From contig NW_021833052.1 in NCBI RefSeq assembly GCF_006345805.1, forward strand, positions 22,449 to 86,448: a stretch of 64,000 nt of DNA, written 5' to 3'. Under the pieces are notes generated by a model. The model saw only the letters and a program-made list of their open reading frames with translations, searched no databases and was not told where the DNA came from. Both the position numbers and the translations under genes were made by a program. Source of the DNA: Octopus sinensis. Taxonomy: Eukaryota. Shown here piece by piece: positions 1 through 12,479 of this stretch (positions are counted from its first letter, which is position 1; every line of letters starts with the position of its first letter).

Positions 1-2
1 TC

Positions 3-451
3 GGATCTTTTCGGTTTGAACGACAGTTTTTAACATAATTTTTAGGTAACTAAAAAATTTTAAACTTCGTATACTTGTAGAATGTGTTTACAAAACATCT
101 TTTTCTCTTGGCTTTATTGAGAACATTCTATAGTTTGTAAGATATTTGTTGTTGTTTTTTCTTCAATTTCTGCAATTTCAACCACTCAGTGATATCTATT
201 GGGTTAAAAAGCATTCTGTGCCGTATGAATATGTCCCTCGTTTAAGAAACAGATTGGGTTTATTTACATTTGTGAAGAAAAAAATATACCCTTCCCCCAC
301 CCCTAACCCTAACCCTAACTAACCCTAACCCTAACTAACCCTAACCCTAAAAGAGATTGAAATTCAATAGATCGATTCTAGGGTCATAATTATGGGTGAC
401 AATTTCATATGACACCGCTAGAAGAAACTGCCGGTCAAACCGAAAAGGTCC
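3..451. mobile_element. Non-autonomous DNA transposon (Merlin-like MITE) with an internal telomere-like (CCCTAA)n tract
   Basis: 27-bp TIRs GGATCTTTTCGGTTTGAACGACAGTTT (3-29) and AAACTGCCGGTCAAACCGAAAAGGTCC (425-451), 3 mismatches. CCCTAA repeats at 301-350. Same family as 33205-33790, which has GG..CC ends and an 8-bp TSD. Left flank is cut by the window edge. Confidence 0.7.
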
Positions 452-628
452 AAAAAGAGTGGTAAATAGTCCTTTAATGCTAGATAGGAAAACAAAACCA
501 GCAAAAAAATTTGCCAAACGGATCGGTGTTCAGGAAGAAATTAATCGACTCTACTGTGACGTTTGCTTATCTTTTCTTATGAGAGAAATAATGTTGAATA
601 CCACCATTCTATGATTGTGGAAGAGTCC

Positions 629-1012
629 GTGGAGGCGCAATGGCCCAGTGGTTAGGGCAGCGGACTCGCGGTCATAGGATCGCGGTTTCGGTTCCCAGAC
701 CGGGCGTTGTGAGTGTTTATTGAGCGAAAACACCTAAAGCTCCACGAGGCTCCGGTAGGGGATGGTGGTGATCCCTGCTGTACTCTTTCACCACAACTTT
801 CTCTCACTCTTACTTCCTGTTTCTGTTGTACCTGTATTTCAAAGGGCCGGCCTTATCACTCTCTGTGTCTCGCTGAATATCCCCGAGAACTACGTTAAGG
901 GAGTCTGTGGAGTGCTCAGCCACTTACACGTTAATTTCACGAGCAGGCTGTTCCGTTGATTCGGATCAACCGGAACTCTCATCGTCGTAACCGACGGAGT
1001 GCTTCCACCACA
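629..1012 (+). mobile_element. tRNA-derived SINE (octopus OR1-like), full length
   Basis: tRNA-like head with A box (TGGCCCAGTGG) and B box (GGTTTCGGTTCC). Flanked by a 10-bp TSD GGAAGAGTCC (619-628 and 1013-1022). Near-identical copy at 36737-37113. Confidence 0.85.
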
Positions 1013-1854
1013 GGAAGAGTCCAAACCATGAGTCATCTAATGGTTTCACTATTGCTGTATTTGGTTTGCCGTTTGGATGATTTGATAACTAACACAAAGA
1101 ACGTGTCAGACTGTGTGAAAAACAAAATTGCAAAGCTTGAATATTTACGCGAAATACTAATAAAGTGCGGTTTGATGTCTGGCAATCTGTCGTTCATCAA
1201 ATCATTTACGTGTACCAAGCTAAAAAGTTTGACTTTCAGAATCACCAGCGCTAGAAATAAGCCATGAAATTATATAACGTAAAGTAAATATCGAAATACA
1301 TCAGAATATCAAAGTGTTACTCGAAATTGATTGTCTAATCAAAGAATTCATATGTCTGTCCAATCAAACCAAATTTCACATGTTTATTTACTGTGAAAGA
1401 CATTCTCAAATTACATAACTATAGAATTATAAAAACATCAAATTACGATACGATGAAATTATAGAGTTATGTAAAGAGGAACTAAATTACAAGTTGGATG
1501 CGAAAGTTTCGCGTAGAATATTCCTGAATATATAATCAACCTAAATCAGCAATTTTATCTTGGACACCGCATATGAGACAGAGTGTGTGAGGGTGAGTAA
1601 GTGAGTGTGTGTGCGCGCATGTGTGTGTGTTTATACATATGCAATCGCCCACGCACAGATAGTAAGATTGTCTTCATAATGACTTTAAGTTTCGTTTAAC
1701 AGTTTATTCAACTAAAGTGGTTGAATAAGCCGTTAGGCGAAACTTCAATCATCAATCAAAAAGTAATTTAGAATAAATTTGACTCTACACTAAGTATCGA
1801 GCCCCGTCACCAACAGTAAATATTCCCTTAATATCCTTAATAAACTTGTTTAAA

Positions 1855-2055
1855 ATAACCAGGCCTGAAATTTCCGGAGAAGGGGCTTGTCGAATACATC
1901 GACTTCAATACTCAACTGGGATCTATCTTATCGATCCCAAAAGGAGGAAATGTAATGCCGAGGTCGCCAGAATTTGAGCTTAGAACGTAACGAGTTGAAA
2001 GAAACACCGATAAACATTTTCTCTAACGTGCTGAAGATTATGTCAGTTTCCGCCA
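1855..2055 (-). mobile_element. Diverged copy of the abundant GGCGAGCTGGCAGAATCG-head SINE
   Basis: Reverse complement of the head, the central GTTCAAATTC..GAGGTCGAC..GGGTCGATAA motif and the AGGCCT tail seen in many other copies in this window. Confidence 0.6.
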
Positions 2056-2137
2056 TATTTGCTTTAAAATAATATATATTCTAGAAATATTAATATTTCT
2101 AAGTCTCTCTAAAGGAGACTACGGCAGCGGTACTGGA

Positions 2138-2340
2138 TATTAATAGTTATGGCTAAGCTAACATGGCAGTCCAAAAAGGATGTCAGCAAGCGGCTGACAT
2201 CCCCTGTTCGAAGGTTATAATGGACACAGGTTCGTGTGTCACATAGCTAGCTAGAGGCGATGGCCTCTTGGAGTTAATCAACGGCAGCATTCGTCCTATT
2301 TTTTTGGACTACCATGTTAGCATGGCGATAACTATTAATA
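2138..2340. mobile_element. Small MITE-like element with ~45-bp imperfect TIRs and internal hairpins
   Basis: TATTAATAGTTATGGCTAAGCTAACATGGCAGTCCAAAAA at the left end versus its inverted counterpart ending ...GATAACTATTAATA at 2340. Internal perfect hairpins GGATGTCAGC/GCTGACATCC and GACACA/TGTGTC. Confidence 0.55.
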
Positions 2341-2593
2341 TATATTCTGACATTCATTCACATTCACATTTCAAATTCTATCCAGGTAGGTTTTAAGTTC
2401 CATATCTCTCTCGTCCCTCGTCCATATATTGATTATTAAAAGAATTCGGATTTCTCCTTGATTGACTATTAAACAAAAATAATTTAAAATATAACAATTA
2501 ATAAGTACGCAATGAATACAAATCATGGTTTTAATTTCGGTAAAAGACCATCAAATTTAAGTAGAAAGAGGCGGCCAACATCATTGATCCTAG

Positions 2594-3048
2594 GGATCTT
2601 TACCTTTTGACCGACAGATTTTAAAAATAATTGTTTGTAACTAAACACACTTTCAAACTTCGGACACTGGTAGAATGTGTCATGTAAAACATCTTTTACT
2701 CTTAACATTTTTGAGAAAAACTTTTATTTACGAAGTTATTCCACGTTGAAGTTCTCGTATTTCGGTAATTTCAGCCAATCAATGATGTGTATTCAGCTGA
2801 ATAAAATTATTGCTGTTGTTTGTCAACAAGAACTTCCGGTGGTGTATATTTCGTTTTTCACTATTATTTATGACATCCCTAACCCTAAAACCTTAACCCT
2901 AACCCTAACCCTAAAACCCTTACCCTAACCCTAAAACCCTTACCCTAACCCTAAAACCTTAAAACCATTACAAACGCACGAACGATGTCATAAATACAGT
3001 GACAAATGAAAATACACCACCGATAGTTGTTGTTGACAAACAACGGCA
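2594..3048. mobile_element. Diverged relative of the Merlin-like MITE, with a telomere-like loop between inverted arms
   Basis: Starts GGATCTTT and aligns by eye to the first ~130 bp of 3-451. Inverted arms at 2811-2877 and 2984-3048 enclose CCCTAA/CCCTAAAA repeats starting at 2878. Confidence 0.55.
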
Positions 3049-3089
3049 GGTGGGGGTAGATATAATCGACTTACCCCTCCCACGAAATT

Positions 3090-3725
3090 ACTGGCGGCGA
3101 ACTGGCAAAATCGTTAGCACGCCAGGCAAAATGCATAGAGGTATTACGTCCGTTTTTTTTACGTTCTGAGTTCAAATTCCGCCGAGGTCGACTTTGCCTT
3201 TCGTCCTTTCAGGGTCAGTAAAATAAGTACCAGTTGACCACTGGAGGTCAATGTATTCGACTTAAACCCTTCCCTGAACTTACTGGCCTTGTGCCAAAAT
3301 TTGAAACCAATATACATTAAGTGGACAAGCTTCTAATATTGCTAGAATGTTGGGGGAAAATACTTGGTGACATTTCGTCCGTGTTTACGTTCTGAGTTCA
3401 AATTCCACCGGGGTCGATTTTGCCTTTCGTCCTTTCTGGGTGGATAAAATAAGTACTAGTTAATGCAATCGACTTCTTCCCCGAACTTACCTTGTTGCAA
3501 AAAGTACAAGTTGACCACTACGTGGGTGAACTAATGTAATCCACTCACCCCGTCCTCGAAATTATTGGCCTTGTGCCAAAATTTGAAAACAATATTCTTT
3601 TCTACTCTAGGCCGAAAGAAGAATATTTCTACTCTAGGCACAAGGACTTGAAAATTTGGTGGGAGGCGGGATAGTCGATTACATCGACCCTCAGGGTTTC
3701 ACTGGCATTTATTTCATCGACCCCA
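3090..3725. mobile_element. Cluster of GGCGAGCTGGCAG-head SINE copies and fragments (two on +, one tail on -)
   Basis: Repeated TTACGTTCTGAGTTCAAATTCCGCCGAGGTCGACTTTGCCTTTCGTCCTTTC core and GGCCTTGTGCCAAAATTTGAAA tail. Confidence 0.75.
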
Positions 3726-3739
3726 ACTTGAATTCAATA

Positions 3740-3935
3740 AGGCGTAGGAATGGCTGTGTGGTAAGTAGCTTGCTTATCAACCACATGGTTCCGGGTTCAG
3801 TCCCACTGCGAGGCACCTTGGGCAAGTGTCTTCTACTATAGCCTAGGGCCGACCAAAGCCTTGTGAGTGGATTTGGTAGACGGAAACTGAAAGAAGCCCG
3901 TCGTATATATATATATATATATTATATATATGTGT

Positions 3936-3971
<36 letters not shown>

Positions 3972-4190
3972 AGGTGTATGTGTGCGTGTGTATATGTTTG
4001 TGTGTCTGTGTTTGTCCCCACCAACATCGCTTGACAACCGATGCTGGTGTGTTTACGTCCCCGTTACATAGCAGTTCGGCAAAAAGAGACCGACTGAATA
4101 AGTACTAGGCTTAAAAGGAATAAGTCCTGGATGTCGATTTGCTCGACTAAAAGCTGCGCTCCTGCATGGCCACAGTCAAATGACTGAAAC
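3740..4190 (+). mobile_element. Full-length SINE (octopus OK-like) with CORE-like segment and internal (TA)(TG) microsatellite
   Basis: AGGCGTAGGAATGGCTGTGTGGTAAG head, GGCACCTTGGGCAAGTGTCTTC segment and CAGTCAAATGACTGAAAC end. Matches 34995-35420 and 57597-58025. Confidence 0.85.
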
Positions 4191-4354
4191 GTTACGTTCT
4201 GAGTTCAAATTCTGCCGAGGTCAACTTTCCTTTTTCATCCTTTCGGGCTCGATTAAATAAGTACCAGTTACGCACTGCGGTCTATATAATCGACTTATTC
4301 CCCTGTCTTTCCTTGTTTGTCCCCCTCTATGTTTAGCCCCCTCTCTTCTTCTCT

Positions 4355-4755
4355 TTTACTCTTTTACTTGTTTCAGTCATTTGACTGCGGCCATGCTGGA
4401 GCACCGCCTTTAATCGAGCAACTCGGCCCCGGAACTTATTCTTTTGTAAGCCCAGTACTTATTCTATCGGTTTCTTTTGCCAAACCGCTAAGTGACGGGG
4501 ACATAAACACACCAGCATCGGTTGTCAAGCAATGCTAGGGGAACAAACACAGACACACAAACACACACATATATATATATATATATATACATATATACGA
4601 CGGGCTTCTTTCAGTTTCTGTCTACCAAATCAACTCACAAGGCTTTGGTCGGCCCGAGGCTATAGTAGAAGACACTTGCCCAAGGTGCCACGCAGTGGGA
4701 CTAAACCCGGAAGCATGTGGTTGGTAGACAGGCTACTTACCACACAGCCACTCCT
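4355..4755 (-). mobile_element. Full-length OK-like SINE
   Basis: Reverse complement of the 3740-4190 family from tail to head. Confidence 0.85.
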
Positions 4756-5084
4756 AAAAAACCTGCTCATCTGCTGATATAGATTTATATCACTTATATA
4801 ACAAAAACTGGAGGTGTGCTTTAGATCGACCACAGTCCAAGATGTTTATACAACAGTTATTCCGTATCTTTTCTCCTTTTGATATTATTTCGTTTTGTCC
4901 TGTGTTATTTAATTATTTATTTGGTTTTGTTTTTTTAATAAGAAACCTTACAATTTCTATGTTATTGACGTAACTTGTGAAAATGAAGTGATTTTCCACT
5001 CGTTTTAATTAAAATATTCCTTTCTGTGCCTGGTCTGCAATTATTGGCTCTTTGGAGATGTTAACCTAACAAACTGAATGACAC

Positions 5085-7556
5085 ACGTAATTTAGTGTGT
5101 GTGCGTATGTGTGTGTGTGTGTGTGTCTGTGTGTGTGAGTATGTGTGTGCGCGCGTGTGCGTGAGTGTGTGTGTGTGTGTCTGTGTGTCTGTGTGTGTGA
5201 GTGTGTGTGTGTGTGTGTAGCACGCGCACCTTTGTCTAAGAGTGATCGTGAGTCTGTATGTATGTATGTATGTATGTATGTATGTATGTATGTATGTATG
5301 TATATATGTGAGTTTGCATGTATGTGGGTATATGTGCATTTGTGTGTATGTGTGAGCGTGTGTGTGTGTATGTGTGTGTGCACGCACACGTTTGTGTAAG
5401 TGTGATCATGAGTTTGTATGTATGTATATATGTATGTATGAATATGAGTTTGCATGTATGTGGGTATATGTGTATTTGTGTGTATGTGTATGTGTTTGCG
5501 TAAGATTTCGTGTGTACGAGTTTTGTGTGCCTGCATGTGTACCTGTGTATCTGTGTTCGTGTGTGTGTATGTGTGAGCGTGTGTGTGTAAGTGTGTATGC
5601 ACGCACACGTTTGTGTAAGTGTGATCGTGAGTCTGTATGTATATATGTATGTACGTATGTATGTATGTATGTGTGTGTATGTATATATGTGAGTGTGCCT
5701 GTATGTGTGTATCTGTGTACGTGTATGTATGTGTGATGGTGTGAGTTTTGTGTGTCTGCGTGTGTACCTGTGTATTTGTGTGTTCGTGTATGTGTGTATG
5801 TGTGTGTGAGCGTGTGTGTGTATGTGTGTAGGTGTGTGTATCTGACTGCATGCGTGATCGAGTGTGTTTCTTTGTGCCTTTGTGTGCGTATTTGCAATGT
5901 GCGTTGTGTGTCCGTGTGTGATTTTGAGTGTGTGTGTGTGTGTGTGTTCGTGTATATATGTATGCTCGTGGCAATGTGTGTGTTTGTGTATGTGTATATA
6001 TGTGTTCGTGTATGTGCGTTTGTGTGTGTGAAGAATATTGTTTGTCCGAATGTGACTTCGTGCCATTCTTTGAGAGACAGACCGAGTTGCGCCATTATGT
6101 GTGTGTGTGGTGTGTGTGTGCATGTGTGGTTCATGTATGCATGTATGTATGTATGTATGTGTGCGTATTTGTGTATATACGTGTGTGCATGCGTACTTTC
6201 CTCCATGTGCATCTCTGTATTAGAGAGTGTTGTGCAAATGATGCGTGTGTTTTCGTGTTAGAGAGATGAGGTGTGTGCGTGTGTGTATGTATGTGTGAGT
6301 GTGTGTGTGTGCGTATGTGCGCGCGAATGTGTGTGTGCGTGCGTATGTGTGTTCGTGTGTGTGTATGTGCGCGCACGCGTATATATGCGTGAGTGTGTGC
6401 ATTTGTGTATGCGGTCGTGTGTGTGTTTTGTGCGTGCGTGTTTGTGCTTGCGTCTGAGTGTGCGTGTGTGTGCATACATGTATGTGCATGTGTGAGTGCG
6501 TGTGTATGTTTGTGTGTGCCCGCGCGTGTGTGCGTTTGCATTGTATGCATCTGTGTGTGCGTGTAGCCCAGTGTATGTATGTGCGTGTGTGTGAGAGTGT
6601 GAGTGTGTGTGAGAGAGAGAGTGTGAGTGAGTGTGTGTGTGTGTGTGTGTGACTATGCGACCAGTATGGGAAATACATGTGTGTGTGTGTATGTGTGTAT
6701 GTATGTGCGTGTGTGTGAGAGTGTGAGTGTGTGTGAGAGAGAGAGTGTGAGTGAGTGTGTGTGTGTGTGTGTGACTATGCGACCAGTATGGGAAATACAT
6801 GTGTGTGTGTGTATGTGTGTGTATGTGTGTGTATGTGTGTGTGTATGTGTGTGTGTATGTGTGTGTGTGTATGTGTGTGAATGTGTGTGAGAGAGAGAGG
6901 TGGAGTGGAGTGGTGTGTGGTGTGTGTGTGACTATGCGACCAGTATGGGAAATACATTGTGTGTGTGTGTATGTGTGTGTGTATGGTGTGTGTATGTGTG
7001 TGTGTATGTGTGGTGTGTATGTGTGTGTATGTGTGTGTATGTGTGTGTGTATGTGTGTGTGTATGTGTGTGTGTGTATGTGTGTGAATGTGTGTGAGAGA
7101 GAGAGTGTGAGTGAGTGTGTGTGTGTGTGTGACTATGCGACCAGTATGGGAAATACATGTGTGTGTGTGTGTATGTGTGTGTGTATGTGTGTGGTATGTG
7201 TGGTGTGTATGTGTGTGTGTATGTGTGTGTGTAGTGTGTGTGTGTATGGTGTGAATGTGTTGGAGAGAGAGAGTGTGAGTGAGTGTGTGTGTGTGTGTGT
7301 GACTATGCGACCAGTATGGGAAATACATGTGGGTGTGTGGTGTGGTGTGTGTGTATGTGTGTTGTGTTGTGTGTTGTGTATGTGTGTGTGTTGTGTGTGT
7401 AGGTGTGTGTGTGTATGTTGTGTGTATGTGTGTGTGTATGTGTGTGTGTATGTGTGTGTGGTATGTGTGTGAATGTGTGTGAGAGAGAGAGTGTGAGTGA
7501 GTGTGTGTGTGTGTGTGTGACTATGCGACCAGTATGGGAAATACATGTGTGTGTGT

Positions 7557-7605
<49 letters not shown>

Positions 7606-8540
7606 TGTGTATGTGTGTGTGTATGTGTGTGAATGTGTGTGAGAGAGAGAGTGTGAGTGAGTGTGTGTGTGTGGTGTGTGACTATGCGACCAGTATGGGA
7701 AATACATGTGTGTGTGTGTGTATGTGTGTGTGTATGTGTGTGAATGTGTGCATGTTATTGCATATGTATACTCTTGTGTGTGTGATGTCTGTACACGTGT
7801 ATGTTTATAAAAATGTGTGTGTGGTTCGTGTGTGTCGTTTAGTGTGTATGCGTGCGTGTGTATGAGTGTGAATGTGAGAGATTGTGTGTGCGTGTCTGGC
7901 TTGCGTGTGGCTAAGAGATAGGCTTTGTGGTTTACACGTGAGAGAAATATAGTACGGTGTGTGTCCGTGCAATTTTGAATGTGGATGTGAGTGTGCTTGC
8001 ATTCATTTATGTATGTGTGTGCGGTTTTGCATGTGTGTATATGTATGTGTGTGTATGCGTGTGTGGTTTGTATGTTTTGGGTATTTATATGTCTGGCCAG
8101 CTTGTGCAAAAGGTGGTACGTATATGAGTATGTATGTATGTATGTATGTATGTATGTATGCATGTATGTATGTATGTATGCATGCATGCATGTATGTATG
8201 TATGTATGTATGTATGCATGTATGTATGTATGTATGTATGTATGTATGTATGTATGTATTTATGCATGTATGTGTGTGTATGTATGTGTGTGTATGTATA
8301 GACAGAAAAGGTGGTAAGTATATGTGTATTTTTGTATGCGTATGTATGTGTGTGTATGTGTATGCGAGTGTGAGTGTGTGAGTGTGTGAGTGTGTGTGTG
8401 TGAATATGTGACCAGTAGTGGAAATACATGTGTGTGAATATAAGCATACACATTTGTATATGCGTGTATAGATTCGCAAATGGTGAGTTTCTACATACCT
8501 ATGAAAGCATGTGTGTGTATGTGTGTGCGTGCGGGAGTGT
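5085..8540. repeat. Compound (TG)n/(TATG)n microsatellite field with internal duplications
   Basis: Direct reading. Contains a ~3x unit (GCACGCACACGTTTGTGTAAGTGTGATC near 5221, 5380 and 5599) and the 27-bp-core array listed separately. Confidence 0.95.
6590..7740. repeat. Compound minisatellite: invariant 27-bp core separated by variable (TG)n spacers
   Basis: GACTATGCGACCAGTATGGGAAATACA at 6651, 6773, 6930, 7131, 7301, 7519 and 7680. Diverged eighth copy near 8403. Confidence 0.9.
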
Positions 8541-8554
8541 ACGTGTGTGTGTGT

Positions 8555-8555
<1 letters not shown>

Positions 8556-8622
<67 letters not shown>

Positions 8623-8660
8623 TGTGGTGGTGGTGGTGGCTGTGGTGGTGGTGGTGGTGA

Positions 8661-8703
<43 letters not shown>

Positions 8704-8712
8704 TGTAGTAGT
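8556..8712. repeat. (GTA)n-(GGT)n-(GTA)n microsatellite
   Basis: Direct reading. Confidence 0.95.
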
Positions 8713-8841
8713 CAGGTATGACTGTAATACGTTTAAAGTGCGTGATAGGTTTTAAAATGTTACTGCAACACTTTACACCAAACTTGCGATCTAGTGGTTA
8801 TATGTGCGCATGTGCGTGTGTTTGTGTAAGCGTATATGCTT

Positions 8842-8882
<41 letters not shown>

Positions 8883-9014
8883 TGTGTGTTTCTGGTTTCT
8901 GTGGAAGTGATTTTGTGTAGACAGGATCCATATTAAAGTGTAGTGTATCTTTGTGAATGGGTGCAATTCCAACGAGCAGTGATTTGTTGTAACAAATATA
9001 CAAACGCGTTAAGG

Positions 9015-9625
9015 CGCTGAGCCAGCAGAATTATTAAGCACTCCAGCGCAAAGTGCTTAGCGCCATTTTGTCTGTGACTGCTTTCTGAATTCAAATTCCG
9101 CCGAGATTGACTTTGCCTTTCATCGTGTCGCGATCGATAAAATAAGCACCCGTTGAGCGCTGCGATCGATGTAATCGACCCATCCTCTTTCCTAAAATTG
9201 CTGACCTTGGGCCAAAATTTGAAACCAATATATTAATCTATTTGCGAGCTGGCAGAATTGTTAGAACCCCGGGCGAAATGCGTAGCAGTATTTCCTCTGT
9301 CGTTACGTTCTGTTGACTTTGTCTTTCATCCTTTCGGGGTCGATAAATTAAGTGCCAGCTACGCACTGGGGTCGATGTAATCGACTTAATCCGTCTGTCT
9401 GTCCTTGTTTGTCCTCTCTGTGTTTAGCCTCTTGTGGGTAGTAAAGAAATAGGTATTTCGTCTGCCGTTACGTTCTGAGTTCAAATTCCACCGAGGTCGA
9501 CTTTCCTTTTCATCCTTTCGGGCTCGATTAAATAAGTACCAGCTACGCACTGGGGTCGATGTAATCGACTTATTGCCCTGTCTTTCCTTGTTTGTCCCCC
9601 TCTATGTTTAGCCCCCTAAAAAATA
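9015..9625 (+). mobile_element. Tandem GGCGAGCTGGCAG-head SINE copies, two ending in a Tx1-like tail
   Basis: Three successive SINE cores; the later ones end TTGTTTGTCCTCTCTGTGTTTAGCC..AAAGAAATA. Confidence 0.7.
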
Positions 9626-9749
9626 AAGAAATATTTATATACAGCAATGCCTCGATATACCAGTTAATTTGTTCCCGGAGACCACTCGAAAAGCAAAAGC
9701 TCGTAAAGTAGAGCTATAATTTCCCATTCTTTTATTCTTATATTCGTTT

Positions 9750-9912
9750 ATTTGTTTCAGTCATTTGACTGCAGCCATGCTGGAGCATCACCTTTAGTCG
9801 AGCAAATCGATCCTAGGGCTTATTCATTGTAAGCCCAGTACCTATTCTATCCGTGACTTTTGCCGAACCGCTAAGTTACAGGAACGTGAACACACCATCA
9901 TCGGTAATCGAA
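9750..9912 (-). mobile_element. 3' part of an OK-like SINE followed by a (TA)n tract (to ~10105)
   Basis: TTGTTTCAGTCATTTGACTGCAGCCATGCTGGAGCA motif matching the other copies. Confidence 0.8.
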
Positions 9913-9936
9913 CATACACACACGCACAACATATAT

Positions 9937-9982
<46 letters not shown>

Positions 9983-10029
9983 GCATATATATATACATAT
10001 ATATATACTACATATATATATATATATAT

Positions 10030-10108
<79 letters not shown>

Positions 10109-10459
10109 CAATACCTCACTTTACAAGGACCTGTTTCACAATAAAGAAAAGTCCTTCAAAAGTAGATATAAGGCTATTTGCGTAAAATATTGCACAATAA
10201 ATAACGTCTTTTATAGTACATCTTATTTCCTGTTCACCGCAATAATTAATGTTGGACGCCATCTTGGATTTTGACCGCCATTTTTGATTTTCTCGCTGGC
10301 AATCATGCCTATCTTAAAGAGCATGTTTTAAACTATAGCTGTGCCAGATTGCATATTTGTATTAACTTTTAAAGGATTTTTCTACAACCTTCTTCACTAT
10401 TAAAACATTTTCTCTTCTTAAAATTCTGGCCATGAGAGAATAAAAAATTAGAAGAAAAT

Positions 10460-11035
10460 CATTAAAGTTCAAGTTTCGCCGAGGTCGAACTTGCCTTTTA
10501 TACTTTCGGGGTCTATAAAATAAATACCAGCCAATTACAGGGTTCCATCTAATCGACTATACTCCCCCCACCCACAAAATTACAGGCCTTGTACCTATAA
10601 TAGAAAGACTTATAAAGGCAGTAAGGTGGCAGAATCGATTAGGTGTTGGATAAAACGCTTTGGAGCATTTCTTCCGGATCTTTACGCTGTGCGTTCAAAT
10701 TCAGCCGAAGTCGACTATGCCTTTCATCCCTTTGCACACGATAAAATGAATACCAGTTGGGCACTGAAATCGATGTAATCATCTTGTTCCTCGACAAGAT
10801 GTCAACTCTTTCGAATAGTAGAAATAATTCTTTACACTTTAGACCCAAGATCCGAAATTTTGGTGGGAGGACATCGACTTCCAATGCCCGACTGGTACTT
10901 ATTATAGCGACTGCGAAACGATGAAAGTAAAAGTCGACGTCAGCGACATTCGAACTCAGAATGTACAGACCTGCGAAACGCCACTAAGCATTTATTTTCT
11001 CCGTCGAGTTAACGATTCTGCCAAGATGCCGCCTT
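10460..11035. mobile_element. Three diverged GGCGAGCTGGCAG-head SINE copies (two +, one -)
   Basis: AAGTTTCGCCGAGGTCGAAC core, GGTGGCAGAATCG head, and an inverted copy ending AACGATTCTGCCAAGATGCCGCC. Confidence 0.65.
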
Positions 11036-11289
11036 CAAATGGCACAAATGATATTTAGCCCCGTTGTGAACTGTGATAGATACGGTAGTTAAACATCGAG
11101 TATATTTTTTCTTGCTTTGATCAAAAAGAAGAGATCAATGTGTCTAGTTCAATTATCTTCGTATCCTTCTTGCCTGCTCATGAAATGTCGGCTTTTCTCT
11201 TCTGATCATCCAGTGAAAAAAAAAAACTTCATGCTATTTATAAAATGCATAAACTTGTATTAACCAAGGTTATTATAGACAGTCAGACA

Positions 11290-11311
11290 GACAGAATGAT
11301 AGATAGATAAG

Positions 11312-11395
<84 letters not shown>

Positions 11396-11423
11396 GAAAT
11401 AGATAGATAGGTAGATAGATAGG

Positions 11424-11505
<82 letters not shown>

Positions 11506-11535
11506 GATAGATAGATAGATAGGTAGATAGATAGG

Positions 11536-11611
<76 letters not shown>

Positions 11612-11628
11612 GAGATAGATAGATAGAC
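11290..11628. repeat. (GATA)n microsatellite
   Basis: Direct reading. Confidence 0.97.
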
Positions 11629-12479
11629 TGCCTCAGTTTTATATACCGTATTTGCGGGCGTGTATCCGTGTGTGTTGTGTGTTTGTATGCATTTTATGTA
11701 TATTCAAAAATCTTATAAACTTCTGTTATAGCTTTCTCTCATACTCTGTTTCTTCTTTTCTCCATAAAGCAGTGTATGAGCGCGCACGCGTATGTGTGTG
11801 GTTGCGCAGGTACGAGCCTGTGTGTGTATTCGATAGCATACTTTGGTGTATTCGTTTCGGCTCTGTACGCTCTGAGTTCGAATGGCACGAGGATTAAATT
11901 TGGTTTCCATCCTTTTGGAGATGATGGGAAAAAAAAATTAAGGAAAATAAGGGCCAGTCGAAGTCGAGGCCTATACATTGGCGGAAGTGTAAGAAAACCA
12001 CATTCAACAGGATAGTTGCGGCACCTTTTCCAGCTCTGGGTATTCTGAGTTCAAATTCCATTCCATCACTGAAAAACGGCGACACTTTTGTCGGAGGCTG
12101 ACAAACTAAGTGCAACAATTTGAAAAGATCATTGAGAATAGAAATTCCTTGGTTCCATCGGTATATCGACTGACATTCCTGTATGAATGTATGTATGTAT
12201 GTATGTTTGTATATAAGTATGTATGTATGTATATAAGTATATATGTATGTATGTATATAAGTATGTATGTATGTATGCATGCATGCATGTATGTATGTAT
12301 GTATGTATGTATGTATGTATGCATGTATGTATGTGTGTATGTATGTATGTATGTATGTATGTATGTATGTATGTATGTATGTATGCATGTACCTGTGCAT
12401 GATTTCGAATTTCGAAGTGTATATATATATATATATATATACAGGTGAGAAAGTTGGTGTGTGAAAGCACGTGGTTGGA

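Noticed and set aside
301-350. Telomere or chromosome end
   Set aside because: Short degenerate tract enclosed within MITE TIRs; the same applies at 2878 and 33473.
629-720. tRNA gene
   Set aside because: The tRNA-like sequence continues into a SINE body with a TSD, has no proper acceptor stem, and occurs in multiple dispersed copies.
956-1267. 103-aa plus-strand ORF
   Set aside because: Begins inside a SINE tail and shows no recognisable motif or splice signals.
6651-7710. CRISPR-like repeat-spacer appearance
   Set aside because: Eukaryotic context, spacers are microsatellite of 95-190 nt rather than unique 30-40-mers, and there are no cas genes.
5061-8479. Long His/Thr- and Val/Cys/Met-rich ORFs (up to 356 aa)
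   Set aside because: They are translations of (CA)n/(TG)n/(TATG)n, which lack stop codons by composition; no domain or splice support.
8472-8482. Possible 11-nt microexon (AG|ATTCGCAAATG|GTGAGT)
   Set aside because: No polypyrimidine tract, not frame-preserving, and expected by chance in 64 kb.
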